Notes: generated by a model from the letters alone, not told the origin. Shown: positions 38,960 through 52,700, counted from the first letter of the whole stretch. The stretch: DNA of 61,829 nt, filler included, from Choristocarpus tenellus KU-1152 (GCA_964200185.2; 10 parts of 10 records of this genome joined end to end with filler, not necessarily neighbours in it); one strand, 5' to 3'. Numbers and translations are program-made.

Positions 38960-39215
38960 TTGGGTGGATGCGAAAGTGCCTTTGCTTTACAATTAGCATC
39001 ACATTTTTGATGGAAAGTTTTGGGGGCCTCGACAAGCAAGCAGAAAGTTTTCTGGATGAGTTGGCTACACAAGCAGTAGGGGTAGAGTGATGGGAGGATA
39101 TAGCAGGAAAGGGGCTGTCAAATCCTGCTTACGACAAATAGTGTCTGTCTCTACTCAAGTGCCTCTCTCAAGACGTGTCATTCATTTCAAGAGGGAGACA
39201 CCAGGAAGATGGGCA
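38960..39215 (+). mobile_element. 3' end of a non-LTR retrotransposon with a restriction-like endonuclease C-terminus
   Basis: FLMESFGGLDKQAESFLDELATQAVG...SVSTQVPLSRRVIHFK resembles the ESFG.L...F..L ... SV..Q..SRR tail of RLE-type LINEs as known in brown algae. Confidence 0.7.
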
Positions 39216-39495
39216 AGAAGGTTCCTGTCAGATTCTTGAGATGGTTCCTTCGCTCCTCACCCAGTTGCGTAGGGCTAAGAACAGAGGATTTTCAAAATTG
39301 AGGATGGAGCGGGGCTACGAGGATGGTTGTTCTGCGAAAACGGAATTAAAAAAGTACGGAAAGTTTTTTTTTGCGACTGTTTTTGCACTTGGAAGNNNNN
39401 NNNNNNNNNNNNNNNNNNNNNNNNNNNNNNNNNNNNNNNTTAATTAATTAANNNNNNNNNNNNNNNNNNNNNNNNNNNNNNNNNNNNNNNNNNNN

Positions 39496-39619
39496 CATAC
39501 ACACTTTACCTACTCCTAAGCATTTTGGAGTAGGAAAATGTCAAAAAAGAACCCATCGGAAGCCAAACTCCAAATGGACAGACAGGGTAAAACTTGTACC
39601 CTCTAAGATACTTTCACTC
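39496..39619 (+). mobile_element. MITE family A, 3' half
   Basis: Internal hairpin plus the right TIR at the contig start. Confidence 0.85.
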
Positions 39620-39829
39620 TAATATTTGATAGATCCTTTCACCAAGCAAGGTGGTGGCAATACACCCTGGCAGCAGTGAACAATCACAAACAAATGCGGT
39701 GTATATCTCCTTGGACTTTGTTTTGCTGCTGAGATCTAGCTAGATACATGTTGAACACTGACGCCCTTTCTCTCACATTGCTGGCTGATCTCTTTTGTCC
39801 TGTAGCCCTGGTTCCTTTATCCTGAGGAT

Positions 39830-42490
39830 CAAAATATAGAGAGTTTCCATTTCAGAGGCAGGGCTGGGCATCTGAAAAGATTGCAAAATTCACACACATG
39901 CAGTAAGTGATACAAAGATCTCATTTGTTGAAACACACACCAACCAAACTTTTTCAGATGGACGATTATGCTCCCATCACTCTTATTAGGCAGTCCATAC
40001 AGTAATGGATATCTATACTTATATACGTGTGCATATTGGATCATTTCACTGTGAAGTAGACTGTCTTGCACTTGAAAACCTTGTGCAATAGAGCCAGAGT
40101 ATAATTTAAATAACAATGTTCTGTGCAATGGTTTGGAAGTACAGTATCCTCCTCTTTACTTTCTTAAGGTGCTTTCTTTGGTCTAACAGGAGAGCAAGAT
40201 CACCAATCCAATATCAAGTTGTCTGGAATCCTCTAGTTCTGATCGGGGTGCTGTGTCCCCAGCTCACAATAGTGCACCTTCAAGGGTACCCTCAATGCTA
40301 TAGCCTGTCACAAATCACAGAAACATTTTGCCCCGCTCCCACTCAATGCTTAGTACAGCGGCACAACCTAAACTCTCGCCACATCATGCACTACATCTGT
40401 AAGTGCATTGAATACCTTGTGATACTTCTGCTTTTCCTCCATTTAAATTGGAATTGCATGCACAGTGCTGGAAGTAGGGCTTAGATACCTCTGGACTTGT
40501 CTTCTTCGGTTCCAATATGTTCCTGACCACACGGTAGTACTTGGCCCGAGAGTTGGGCTCCTTGTTCCAGAGATTCACACACAACCTGGCAATGATCCTC
40601 TCCTGGTGCTGTAGAGGGGAGGTTAAAGGTTCAGCAGGGAAGTTTTCCTGGGTTCGTTGTACAGTGCCTTGGCGTTTGTGGGGTTGTGAACAGGGTACAT
40701 GATGAATTCACATGGTGCTTCGTACAAGATTGTACACATTCATATCAAGTGCCTTCCCTGATCCCCTTCATCAACAATAGGCCTAGGAAATAATATGAAA
40801 CAGAAATCAAGGAAATCTCAGCTAAAGGGTTTGTCATTTGTTGATGTGGTTGAGGCGCCTTATCTGAACAGTATGTGGGGACACAGCCTTTTTTGTGACA
40901 AGGTGTTCAACAGTAGACTCAACTCCTTCACCAGGGAGTGAAATTTGATCTTTTTATTACCCTCTGTATTGTGCTTTCCTCTACCCCAACACACCCACCG
41001 CTTTATTGAACTGAGCGAGCGTATCGGAGAGGTTTGTGGAATATTTCTTGCTGGCCTTAGCAGCAAATACTTTAAATGCAATGTCCCAGATGTTCTTATT
41101 TCCCTTTCCTCCTCCATGTTCATCATCGCCTATGTCCTCCGCCAGGTCCTCCTTCTCCTTCTCCTTCTCCTTGCCCTGTTCCCAGTTTTCAGCCATCATC
41201 ACTTCCCGCTGTAACATTGCCACAGTGACACAATGACAACATTTTTCAAGTCCACAATAATGGATGAGGTATGGGAGTACATAGTCTCCGAAGAAAAACT
41301 GTTGACTTATCATGAAAGGAGATTGTTTAGAGTCAAAGCATTCAAGAGAATAGAAGCTTTGCCCTGTTTGACTGTTTTACCCTTCTTGTCCGTTTGGGGC
41401 TTGACTTCCCATGGGGTTCATTATGCCCTTTTTTCGGTTATCTGTGTGAACACAGTTACATAAAATATATATGACTATGGAAGGTGTGTCCGGAGCAAGG
41501 ATATTGGCAATTGCTAAACAAGCATGATAGCCAAAACTAATCAAAAATGCAACCTAGGTTTTATTATCCTGAACGGACATGGCACAACGCTCTTAAATGA
41601 TTTGGCCCTTAAGTTGATCAGTGATGAAACATCATTCGTGCAACCTTGTGACGGTGTGATGAAATACACCCCAGGTAAGATTTTGGCCACATTTGGAACG
41701 ATCTTTACTGAATACGCTGAGGAGAGCATTTCCCTTGAACAAACACCAAATACGTCGAGCGAGTAAGTCCATTTGCCATTGAGATATGCAAAAAGTTTTG
41801 AAATATTTACCAGCTGATGATCCCTGGACTTATTCTGCAGAGATTGGCAACTATCGTTCCCACTGCCAACACTGCTATCATCACCACCACAGCTGCTGCT
41901 GTCACTGCAATAACCCACCACTTGCTGCATGATCCACTGGTTCGTCCTGACCCTTGCCTGCAAAGCCCAGATCATGTACAGGGTGACATATATCAGCAAT
42001 CAAGTCGAGATCAACATCAGACTGCTAATGCGTGTGGATCATCAAGAAAAAAACAGTTATCAGAGGTCGGTACCTGCATTGTGGCTTTAGATATCTTTTG
42101 GTATGTGGTGGAGGGGGATACGTGTGTTATCAAGAGCCAATTATTTCATACCAACCTTGAGACTGTTTACACCGACTACTTCTCCAATCCGCACAAACGA
42201 AAGAAGCTGTCATGTTGACTGGGTGGTACCTTATGACGTTGAGTTGTCTTTTATTCCTTCCCACAGTTTTCGAAGGAAGTCAGGCATACACACCTTACTG
42301 TGCTTCTGCCTCTGTAGTTGCTGCTGGAGGTTCTGCTGTTGATATTGCCGGTACACCTGCTGCTGATGAACTTCTTCAGCAGCAGGTGGGAGCTGTAACC
42401 CTTCAACATCGTAGTGCTCCTTAGATTGCACACCACAGAGTTCAGGTACAATATACGATGTATTATGATGCATATGGAGCTGAACCATTT
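39830..42490 (-). pseudogene. Decayed gene, probable third member of the ParB/Srx-like family, interrupted by MITE B (41330-41608)
   Basis: After removing the MITE it reads KYFKTFCISQW...CFITDQLKQSPFMIS...VLPYL...MMAENWEQ...HLVTKKAVSPHTVQIRRLNH...CEFIMYPVHNPTNAKAL...ERIIARLCVNLWNKEP. Motif order matches copies 1 and 2, but the IMGG segment is not visible. Confidence 0.45.
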
Positions 42491-43319
42491 GAAACTTGTG
42501 ATTTGAGATTCAGAGGGGGTTATAGATCGAGTGAGTGTGTTGAGGCTACACTACAGAATAGCATATTGTGCAGCAGTATGATGAATATATATATATATAT
42601 ATATCACCCAGCTTGGTGATATTATGTCTGGAAACATGCTGAGTCAAAGTAAAATGAGAGGTATGCCGTTTGCGTTATAAGCTGGTTTTTCATTTTTTCG
42701 CTATCCACGCACATTTCGATGGATGAAGTGGTAACTTTGACTCGAGAGGGTTAATTTCTCTATTGTTCAAATCTCTTTGGCAGAGTTAAGAAAAAATTCT
42801 ACATGTACTTGTAAGAAAGGTCCAATTTGGTACATATCTGTTGCCATCCTTATACTGCAACTCTGGGTATATTTCATTTACTTTGGGCTCACTACCATCT
42901 TTCATCTTGACTCCCCACGTTTATATCGTGTAATATCTGCCTAGAACTCCTGCACCAAGTCAGACAATTAATCATTCAGGAAAACAAGTCAACAACGTCT
43001 CATTCAGAGGTCATCTTCTTCCCCACTTTTCATCACTTAATGTACCTCTGCAGCTGCTTGAATTTTTCTATTGTTGTCCATCTTGCAGATAAATTGGCCA
43101 CGAAGAGTATATAGCCTAGGTGCGATGTGATCAAGTGTCAGGTGGAGTACGGGGTCACAAGTAGGCTGTTGAGCATATACTTCTGGAGGTGTGTAAATCT
43201 TGAATGTTGATCGAAAGGGAAAAAAATCGAGTAGGTGTTTCTAGGTACAGAAAAGGAGGATGGTGAGAATGCAGCCAAGAGTGATGCACAGGGACCCTGA
43301 AGAGGTATCATCATATTCT

Positions 43320-43582
43320 TAGTCAAAAGTATCTTAGAGGGTAGGGGTGCGTCCATTTGGGGGCCAAAATCCAATGTTGCGATTTCGATATGATTTTGGC
43401 TATCGTGTTTGTTAGGAAGTTTCAATATCCATGTTCCAGACACACCTTTTCATAATGTATAAATTTTACCTACTCCGAAACATTTTGGAGTAGGTAAAAT
43501 GTCATAAAAAAAAACCCATGGGAAGCCAAGCCCCACATGGACAAACAGGGCAAAACTCGTACCCTCTAAGTTACTTCCACTC
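43320..43582 (+). mobile_element. MITE family A, TSD TTCT
   Basis: Near-consensus copy with a perfect internal hairpin. Confidence 0.9.
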
Positions 43583-43680
43583 TTCTTCATATTTCAAGTC
43601 AGGGTTCACCCCCATCATCACTTTTAGCGTGATCAGTGGGAACAAGATTGTGTCAGTTCATCAGGCAATGTGACACCTCA

Positions 43681-44211
43681 GGGCCATAGTATCCTAGAGG
43701 ACGGGTGTTTAACCCAGGTCGTCCATTCGGGGCTTCATTGAGTATCTTAAAACACCTCAGTTTGATGCCTCTTCTGCGTTTGAAATTCCTTCAGGTTTGA
43801 TCCAGGTAGGTGGATAGAGAACCCAAACATCTTAGAGAGTAGAGCCACGTCCATATGGGGGCCAAAATCCAATGTTGCGATTTCGATGTAATTGTGGCTA
43901 TCGTTTGTTAGGAAGTGTCAATATCCTTGTTCTGGACATATCTTTTCATAACGTACACATTTTACCTACTCTGAAATATGTTGGAGTAGGAACATGTCAT
44001 AAAAATCCTAAGGGAAGCCAAGCCCCAAATGGACAAATATGCCAAACTCGCACCCTCTAAGATTCTTTCACTCAGAAAAGGAAGGCGCTTTAGAGAGGAA
44101 ATGCCCTTACATCTGACATGTTCACTCATATGACATGAAAATCCCTAAAGGGTCAGACAGCCCCCAAAATAGACCCCCAATCCTCCCTCTAGGATATAGG
44201 AACTGTTGGCC
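43681..44211 (+). mobile_element. Family-E-like MITE containing a nested family A copy (43819-44073)
   Basis: Outer TIRs are GGGCCATAGTATCCT / AGGAACTGTTGGCCC; the inner element is a full family A copy. Confidence 0.7.
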
Positions 44212-44219
44212 CATACTAT

Positions 44220-47200
44220 GAGAATGTCATTTACGTGCCTTCTTAATATAGCGTCGACATCTTTGGTCTCGATACCCCACTGGAATATTCCCTTCCAATA
44301 CTATTCTCATTGAATCATTGCACAATATAGCTCGGGCTCACACAGGTCGATCAACAAAGGGTTTTAACTTGAGGTATTCTTTCTAGTCGTATCTATCATA
44401 ACCATTTCGATTTGCGGATACTGGATCTAATCTCAATCGCGCTTCGAACGTGGGGGGGCGTTTGGATTGACGACTGAAAATAAATTTCCCTCAACAAAGA
44501 GGAGACTGTTTGATGGGGTTTGTTTGAAGGATGAACCTAGTTGAGGGCCTCACCTGAGCTAGTGCAGTAAGTTCGTCGATGATGAATTTTGACTGGGTGG
44601 GTATATCATTCACAATAGACTTTTCGATTCTTGTCTGGCGTCCAGCTTGTCCACCACTGTCTCTCGTCGTCTCAATAGATTTATTTTGAATGATCTACAG
44701 TTGAGTGGAGTTGAAACGATGCAAATAAAAATGAGGCATTTCCATCAGAGAAATTCAAGTTCGTAGATCAAAGATATATGTAATCTCATACCAAGGGTTG
44801 GGGGTAGTTGCATTTAGACGCCCTGTTGTTGAGGTATTTGTTGTTGTTAGTCGAAGAAAGAGTATCTCCCCTTCCAGCATGTGCCCCTTTGCGAAGAGGC
44901 CATGGGTGTAAGGAAAATGACATCCCCCGAAGTGTTTTGTGGAATATTGTAAATTACTGTGTTGGACTTCTTTGTGGGCAGGATACAAGGCGGTCATTGC
45001 GTAGATGCCGTGAAACTGGCAGGGTTTCTGACTTCATGTTTAATTTGCGGTTGAACGTGGATGCCAGCAGGGTCAGTCATGTGTTCCTGGAGATTCGAGG
45101 CTGTCGACTTCAGAAGCCTATCAATAACTAGCTACAGTCGGAGAGGCCTGCTTGATGTTTACATACTCTGGAGAGGCGCAAAACACAGGTGAAAAGTTTG
45201 GTTCACACTGTAGCCATCAACCCATTCCCTATCCAGTAAAAAAACGTTAGATGTTGATTGGTAAACTACCAGATAGGGTTCAAGTTGTGACGATGGTCTT
45301 ATTTTGTTACCAAGACTCAGACCGATGAGTAAACTCAAGAAAGAAGAAGGATCGCTGGTCCCTGATCCGCAGTTGTCGATCGTCTAACAATACGTAAGTA
45401 GATTTTAGTAGACGTTCCAGTTGTGAAGATGAACGAATCGAGTTGTGATGATGATCTTGTGCTTTGGTTGGTATCCTTTGCCTGTTTAAGATCCCAGAAT
45501 ACGCACATATTTAAAGGGGACCGGAGCTAGAGAAGTTACAAGGTCCTACCCTTCGTTGTCTTGCCGTTGCTTGCCACAGTGTAGAGAGTATTCAACATCT
45601 TCATGTTTTCCAAGAAAGTTGAGAGTTGCTGGTCGCTGGCCTGCAATTATTGATAAGTCTAATTCTCTGGAGCAGAAAATACTCATTAGTAATAAACAGT
45701 AGACGTCAGTATTGAAGAAGATGAACTTGCCCTCGATGCTCAAGTTGTGATGTTGTCCTTGTTTCCTTTGGGTAACTTTCCTTCTCATTTTGAGGAAGGG
45801 GTCTCTGAGCAGCTACAAGTAATGAAAGGAAGAGGACCCGATAGAGAGAAGTCAGAAGATTTTCACACCCTTACTTGCCACTGTGTATGGAGCATGCAAC
45901 AACGTTGGTGTGATTCCCAAGAAAGGTGAGGTTCTGGAAGGATTTAAGGTTCCATCTTTTTTGGATGAAGCTTAGGGCAGAGGGCTAACCCCTTCCTTGC
46001 TTGCCCTTTGCCTCGCAAAAGAGGCTCAGAGTGCAATGCCACGTTCATTTAGAAAACTCTTAACCACTACTTTTATTATTTGTGATCCCTTATCCCCTCT
46101 CCCCCCCCAAAAGCATACATATTCTTTGTTTCGCCTGTCCTGTTCATTGCGATATTGTGATTTCCAAGAAAAAATAAATAGGGGGTCAGACTTTGGATGA
46201 CAAAAGATGTTGAACACAACCGTTTGAAAATGACTGTCAAATACTGCCTTTCCCCTCTACCAAAGGTCGAGATAGTTCATGTTTGATTACTTTTTACTGC
46301 TGGTAGGATCTGTGAGCAAGGGGGCAAGGTGGTTGTGAACATGAACTTCCCATGTTTCTGTAAAAATGATAACTGGAGAAAGAAATTGAGACACACGGCA
46401 GGCGGAGTCACCCCACTCCCCTTCCCCCATCTGAGCTGGAGATCCCATCTCGTTCTAGAATCAATGGCAGAGGAGGATGCAACATACACTATTAATAAGC
46501 CAATGCAGCAATTAATTTTGAATGTTGAGTCAGGTTTGGATTCATGTTGTCTGTTTGAGACTACAGGGCTAGGGCTTCATCCAGATCTGGTTCTAAGTCC
46601 AGTTACCCATTCGAGCCTTCTTATTGTATTGCAAGAATAGGGAAGGGTTTGGGTCGAGGCTCAAGACTGCAGGATCACTATTAGATGCAGGTATTCATCC
46701 TATCATAAAACTGTATCATCAGGGTATTGCTTTTGTCGCATTCAAGGGTAAATGTGTGTGGAGGTTTTATGGACTGCACCCCTGATCTTTTTGCACATGT
46801 ACCTGTGTATCGCTGGAGGATGTAAATGTATCATGTACAGGTGGAGACAAAACTACCAGTTGTTAGGGTTGTTTGGCAGCACAACTATACAAATTTATTT
46901 TTGGCATGCCTTTCAATTAGGGGAAAGGGTTACCGCCCCCTTTGCTCTGGCTCAGCTGCAATCTGCTAGTACCGGACAGGATTCCTTAGACACGATGAGA
47001 GGCAAGGAATCTTCTCTTTTGGTCCAGGAAATGTTCTTGGTAGTTTTCCGAATAAAGCCTTGAAAGTTCAATGAATCCCTCTAGTAGATGGCAGCAATCT
47101 GCTTTGCAGTCAGGACATCACAACATGAAGACAATTGATTCCATTCACCGAGACTAATCCTGACTCTAAGCCACACAACCAGTGTCACGTTCACTGGAAT

Positions 47201-47330
47201 CCTTGTTCTTGGTGGCTTGGAGTGAACCAAAAGCCAATCATTGCACAGTATTTGATAGAGCAGGTAATACACCAAGTGCGGAATGCTCTGGGAGAGCTGG
47301 TAGGTGCAACACCAGATTACTGCTGCATGC
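44220..47330 (-). mobile_element. Highly decayed non-LTR retrotransposon (RT C-terminus to RNase H region)
   Basis: Intron-free, stop-riddled coding-like sequence with only weak motif echoes (LCGLESGLVSV ~ YADDLVS; PKPFPILAI..EG..G ~ P.SFP..L...GGLG). Confidence 0.3.
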
Positions 47331-48200
47331 ATGTATTCAATACTTTGTATACAAAGGAACTATGAAGTAACACTAGTCACTACATTAGTAGTACTAGTAG
47401 TACAAGAAAGCAACGCGTGCTGCCCTAATCACCTATCCATCATAACATCAGAGTAACCTGTCCTGCCTGATACTAGATTGCCATCGAGGATCCAGGTCAA
47501 GCAATATACCATACATTGGATACTGCTGTGGTACTATATCAGAGCATGTGAAACAATAGAACACATTTTTTCATCATGAAGGAATGCATGCCAATCACAG
47601 CTCTTTAGGGAGGTAGAGTAGTTCAAGAGCGGGTAAGTTGCTCTCTCACAACCCCAGCCCTCCCACTAGAGGGCATCAACACCATCACATGCTGTACTGC
47701 CTTTTTCTCACATCCCATCTTAACACGTACTTTGAAGTATGGTACCAAATTTTACCATAGTTTGAATAATCACACTACAGCAGTTCAAACTGTGAAAGCT
47801 GTTAATGAAACAACCCAAAGCAGATCAACATTCTGTGCCACCCTTCTGACCTGGTAGTCACATTCTCCCCTCCTACTAACAACTCGGTTTAAAGCCCTCG
47901 CTGATGACACAAAGTGAATGACTTTTGATAAGGAAACAACAAAAAAGTGTTTCTGTTTGGATTAATTGTTTTCCATTCTACATCCAAAGACCATCAAACA
48001 AGGACAGCAACTCCTTCGAATTCCTTGTCTCCAAGAAGCTGTCTTTCAAGATCAACACAACCATGACTGTGCTTTCCCCTAGAAAACCATACTTTCTTAC
48101 ATCATCTGTCAGGGCAAACAGCAATAATCTTCACTATCTTCGTCATGGCACAGGCAGCTACAACATTGCAGCACAGTGCATCACATGACTACAGAACTTC

Positions 48201-49776
48201 CTAGGCAATTCTGGCAGCATCAACATCATCCCTCCTGAAGACGTAAAGGTAACCCAAGTTGAGAGGAGGATGCTCTGACTCAGCAACCTGGTAGGCACAG
48301 ATGGAAATGCATGTAAGGGGTTGAGCGGGTTAATACTACATAACCAGACTAGAAAAGCAAATAAGGTTGTACAAGCACTTTTACAAAAAAAAGAGGAAGT
48401 GTTCATGAAAAACGATTTGAACTAAACCCAACAAACATATTGCTCGGTGATTTTGTGTGAGTAACACTAACAAAATCGCCACTTCATCACGTGGTAAGAG
48501 CTGAAGGACACTTTGCTAGCCTAGTTGGTCTTTGGAAGAGTCACAGTTCTCGAGGACTCATCTGACCGATGCACAGCTCTTCCATCAATAAAAAATAAAG
48601 TTTGTTGTCTCATGTACCCTGGAGCAGTTCACAAGTCAAGGAGCATTATACCCAGCCATGACCTCCAAACCACTAGGGGTTACACTAGTAGACCATAAAT
48701 ACACCCTACACCCATTCAATGGAATAGAAGATATTACAAGTTCAAAAATGATTCCACAAAGGACTAGAAAGCAACAACAAAAACACATACATACTTGAAA
48801 CAATTGCGATCCTTTCAGTCACCTCACACGTACCTTCCGATCGTTATAGATGACCCAACGGCCTTCCTTCTTGATATGTGCCACATAGTGTCCACAGCCA
48901 ATGTTCTTGCCTACATGGGAGATGAAACCTGCAATGGAGTACCTGTACGCACAAGTCAGACTGTGGTCAACATCCATCAATAACCTATTAAATAGGGAAC
49001 CGTGCACCAATACAACCTTACAACCCTCTTAGGATTGGTATCCATGAATAGACATCACTGAGACCAAACACTATGGACTCAGTTTTTCTGAGATCACCTC
49101 ACCCTCTCACTCTCCTCCTGTAGCATTTTCTCAGAGGTCTGCCATTAATGTCTTTTTTGTGTGTGGTCAGAGTACACCAAGCCTTACTAACACTAAAAAA
49201 AACTTTGATAGGTAGTTGACCAGCTTGTAAGTATGAATCTTCTCGAGATACTAACACATCAGAATATCGAGGTCTATAGAGTGGGGGGCAGGAGGTTGGC
49301 ACCGCACGGCACCAACTGCCTATAATGGGTAGGACAAAGATACTCCTCCTTTTTCTTTGGTGGCATTATAGTAGTCAGTTAGGTTAGGGTTAGGGTTAGC
49401 CTCACATTAAAATAGTCATTAATAGAAAATACATTTTTCCATCCCTTTTGTGAGCTAGAATGAATAAGAAAAGCTCTCAATTACATAGAACGTTGCACTT
49501 CACTACACCTAGACAGCATCTGCCATGGAAAGCAATCACAAGCAAAAGGAGAGGTTGAGTTGTGGTAAAAGATATTTTCAGGAATTGAGGCTACAACAAA
49601 TACAGGTCACACAACCGGTTGCTGTATGTAATTTGACCTACACATAGCAAGCACTAAAAGTAGCAGCACTCTAGTGGTATGTACCTTCCAGGACCATCAT
49701 TCAAGGTTTTATCCTTGTCCCCACTAGTGACACCTGCTGCTGCCGATGTAGCAGTTTCAGCACCCTGAGAGTTAAC
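48201..49776 (-). CDS. USP5: Ubiquitin-specific protease 5/13 (UBP14) C-terminus; exons 49776-49685, 48942-48834, 48287-48201; 5' part outside the contig
   Basis: In-phase GT-AG splicing gives ...[71 protein letters not shown], which contains the USP5-type His box and C-terminal motif. Confidence 0.93.
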
Positions 49777-52700
49777 CTGCGCACCACAGTTTATCATGAA
49801 CAAGTGAGGAGGAGTGGAGGTCTCTGTCAACATTGCTGGCTGCCTTGTAGGTGCATGTCTTAGTAACAACCACCATATGAATCCCCTGGAGAGAAGCCAA
49901 AAGTCACAAGAATCGCAACGATCAATGCTATGAACAGAAGCACATAGCCCACCAGGCCCCTGACTGATCCGGAATTTTACGAATTCCACCGAGTAAGAAA
50001 TGGGAGGTCAGCAGAGCTATATAATGTTACACATATATACCCCAAATGGTATAATGATTTTCATATTTACTCTTAACATGTTCGTTCTTAGTCATACCAT
50101 ACCACAGACTACAATCAAACCCTTGTGAAGACGCTGGTAACAATACCCGCAGAACTGCAAAAGAAGAAAAGAGGTTAACAAGAAATACACAAAACCAACC
50201 TAACCTGCAATACAACTAAACATTGTAACTGCGGACTACTCCAAATACATACGAAACTGCTAACGAAACTGTTGCATCCTGGTATATGTGTAGGCAAAAC
50301 CCCCGCAAGGAAGAGTCATCTTTAGTTACCAGTTTTGCTAGGAGAGGGTTGTTCATGATAAGCGACCTAGCCTCCACAGGGAGAAAATTTCGCACAATAA
50401 AAAAAGAAAAGTCCCACAACCAAACACTTACAGGGCCAAGATGGCATCCTAATATGTACATATACATGTGGATGTATGTGCAAGTGGTTCTACATGGGCA
50501 GGAGAAGTTGAAGCCTTCCAAGGTGTGCTGAGGCTGCTGTCCTACAATTGGTTTGAATCCTCCCCACTACCAGCACAAGACAGAGTAACTTCAAACACCT
50601 GCAAGGTAAAAACATAGCCACATCTTTGCCGTATTCAGTGGCTTCATGGAGAGAACCACAGGCTACTAGTTACATTAAAAGTTACAGTTATTTCTTTTGT
50701 ACTCCTAAAAGAGGACTACAATACAGAAGCATCTCCAGTATGCCTTCATTGATGCAGGCATTACAAACGGACATGGATCAAATAAAAAACGCTAAGAACA
50801 AGACATACACAACAGGCAACACATTAAATCGAGCAAACCCGTATGAACTCCGGAAGAGTGATGGAAAATAATAGCCTTTACCCTAAATCCAACTTCTGCA
50901 AGATGTGCTGCTGTGATGAATGGCATCATACGTGAAGATACCATGGAGAGCACTACCGGTCTAATTGATTCCTGATCCAGATAATCAAGCACCACACCTG
51001 TAGCACACACCATTGCCTATTTTAGGCTATGTACTGCTTGATGCGGTCTCCTATTTCTGATGCAACATGAGAACACAAAACATACATACCCATTGCCTTC
51101 AAAGAGCACGGGCTGGTCTGAACAAGAAACCCATTAATACTATATATAGTATCATGAATAAAATAAAAAATAAGATGATGCCAAACGAATAATCGCATGA
51201 AACAGATTTTTTTAAAATTTGAACATAGTTTACTTCGACCTAAGGTTGAAATGCATCATGACAAGAGGCACAATCAAGGGTATACCTTATTTTGCACAAC
51301 AAAAGAGTTTCGATAACAACACTTCTCCACAATACAAACGCTTTTGAGACAGGCCCCTTTTCCGCCTCTACAAAGAATACTTGCAAAAGGGGATCCCATC
51401 CAGAAATTAGAGTACTTGAGGCAAGCACAGTTCGTTTGACTATAGCTCACAGCACAACTCCAGGTATCAATTAACAAGAAAACAGGAACATGCAATCAAC
51501 AACATTCTATCCCTTGGTTATTCAAATGGGACTATGCACAGAGAGGGCGGGGAAAAAAAAGATGGGGGGTGGNNNNNNNNNNNNNNNNNNNNNNNNNNNN
51601 NNNNNNNNNNNNNNNNTTAATTAATTAANNNNNNNNNNNNNNNNNNNNNNNNNNNNNNNNNNNNNNNNNNNNAGATCATGACACACTTGCTTGCCCAAAA
51701 TGCACTTTGATCGTGATTTGTTCAGTTAGTGGAGCGGAGGAACCCCTCTTTGAGAGGAGATGATAAGGGGGAGCCTAAATGGAGCAATACGAAAACACCA
51801 AGTAGGAGGAGATCTATGCAAAACGGAACCAATGTCCCTTGTGCATGCATTTCGGCAGCGTCGGCATTGGGGACGCCACGATTTTCGAGGAAGGGGAAGG
51901 GGCTGGCCTAGAACATGGTGTGGCTAGGTGAAGGGGGTGACTGGACTACTGGTACAGGGGTTGGCTTTTTGGAGTTGCTGCGACCCAGCGGAGGAGTGGG
52001 GATGAGAAAGTGGAAGGCGTGTTGCGTCTGATTCTTGGAGAGTTGCTCCTAAGGAAGGAGGCTGGTTCATTAGGATTGGTGATGGTTGTTTTGTTGAAAG
52101 ACGTTTGTGTATTTATATGTGTGTGTGTACGTGTGAGACTTTTGCAGCGATATGATAAGGTTACCAATTTGTTGCAGCAATTTGATTGGGCGTTTCCCAC
52201 CACGTTTTGCCTCTTTGCAAAGATTGTTGTATTTTTGTGTAGGAAAAGGTTTGTGTATGTGGCGATTGTACTGTTCATTGGTGTCGGTTTCTATTGGTTG
52301 AATATTTGTAGTTCTCTCTGCTCATTGGTAGCCTATCTCTCCTTATAACCTGTGATGAACCGTGTAGAGGATGGAGGACTGGAAATTTGTTTATATGCCA
52401 CTGTAAGCAGGAGAGGAGGGGGTGGGTGGGGTCTACATGACCCAATGACTCCAAATATAATTGGAGAGAGATGGCTGCCGCCATGGTTGCAGTAGGGTGA
52501 GATGGGGGAGGGGGGATTACATGGAGGAGGAAGGCGTTTGTGTCACGTATTTGAATTCAGAATTGAGCACTGTCAAAATAATGCAGTGGTACACGCACAT
52601 ATATATATATATATTGTCTTAGAAGGCGCTAGTATTCACGATCTCACCATGAATTTTTTTTAGACTTCTGTTTCTCTACCTTGCATGTTTATTGACTGAG

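Noticed and set aside
50520-51480. Upstream USP5 (UBA domain) exons
   Set aside because: AG/GT-bounded segments here do not translate to UBA or USP motifs.
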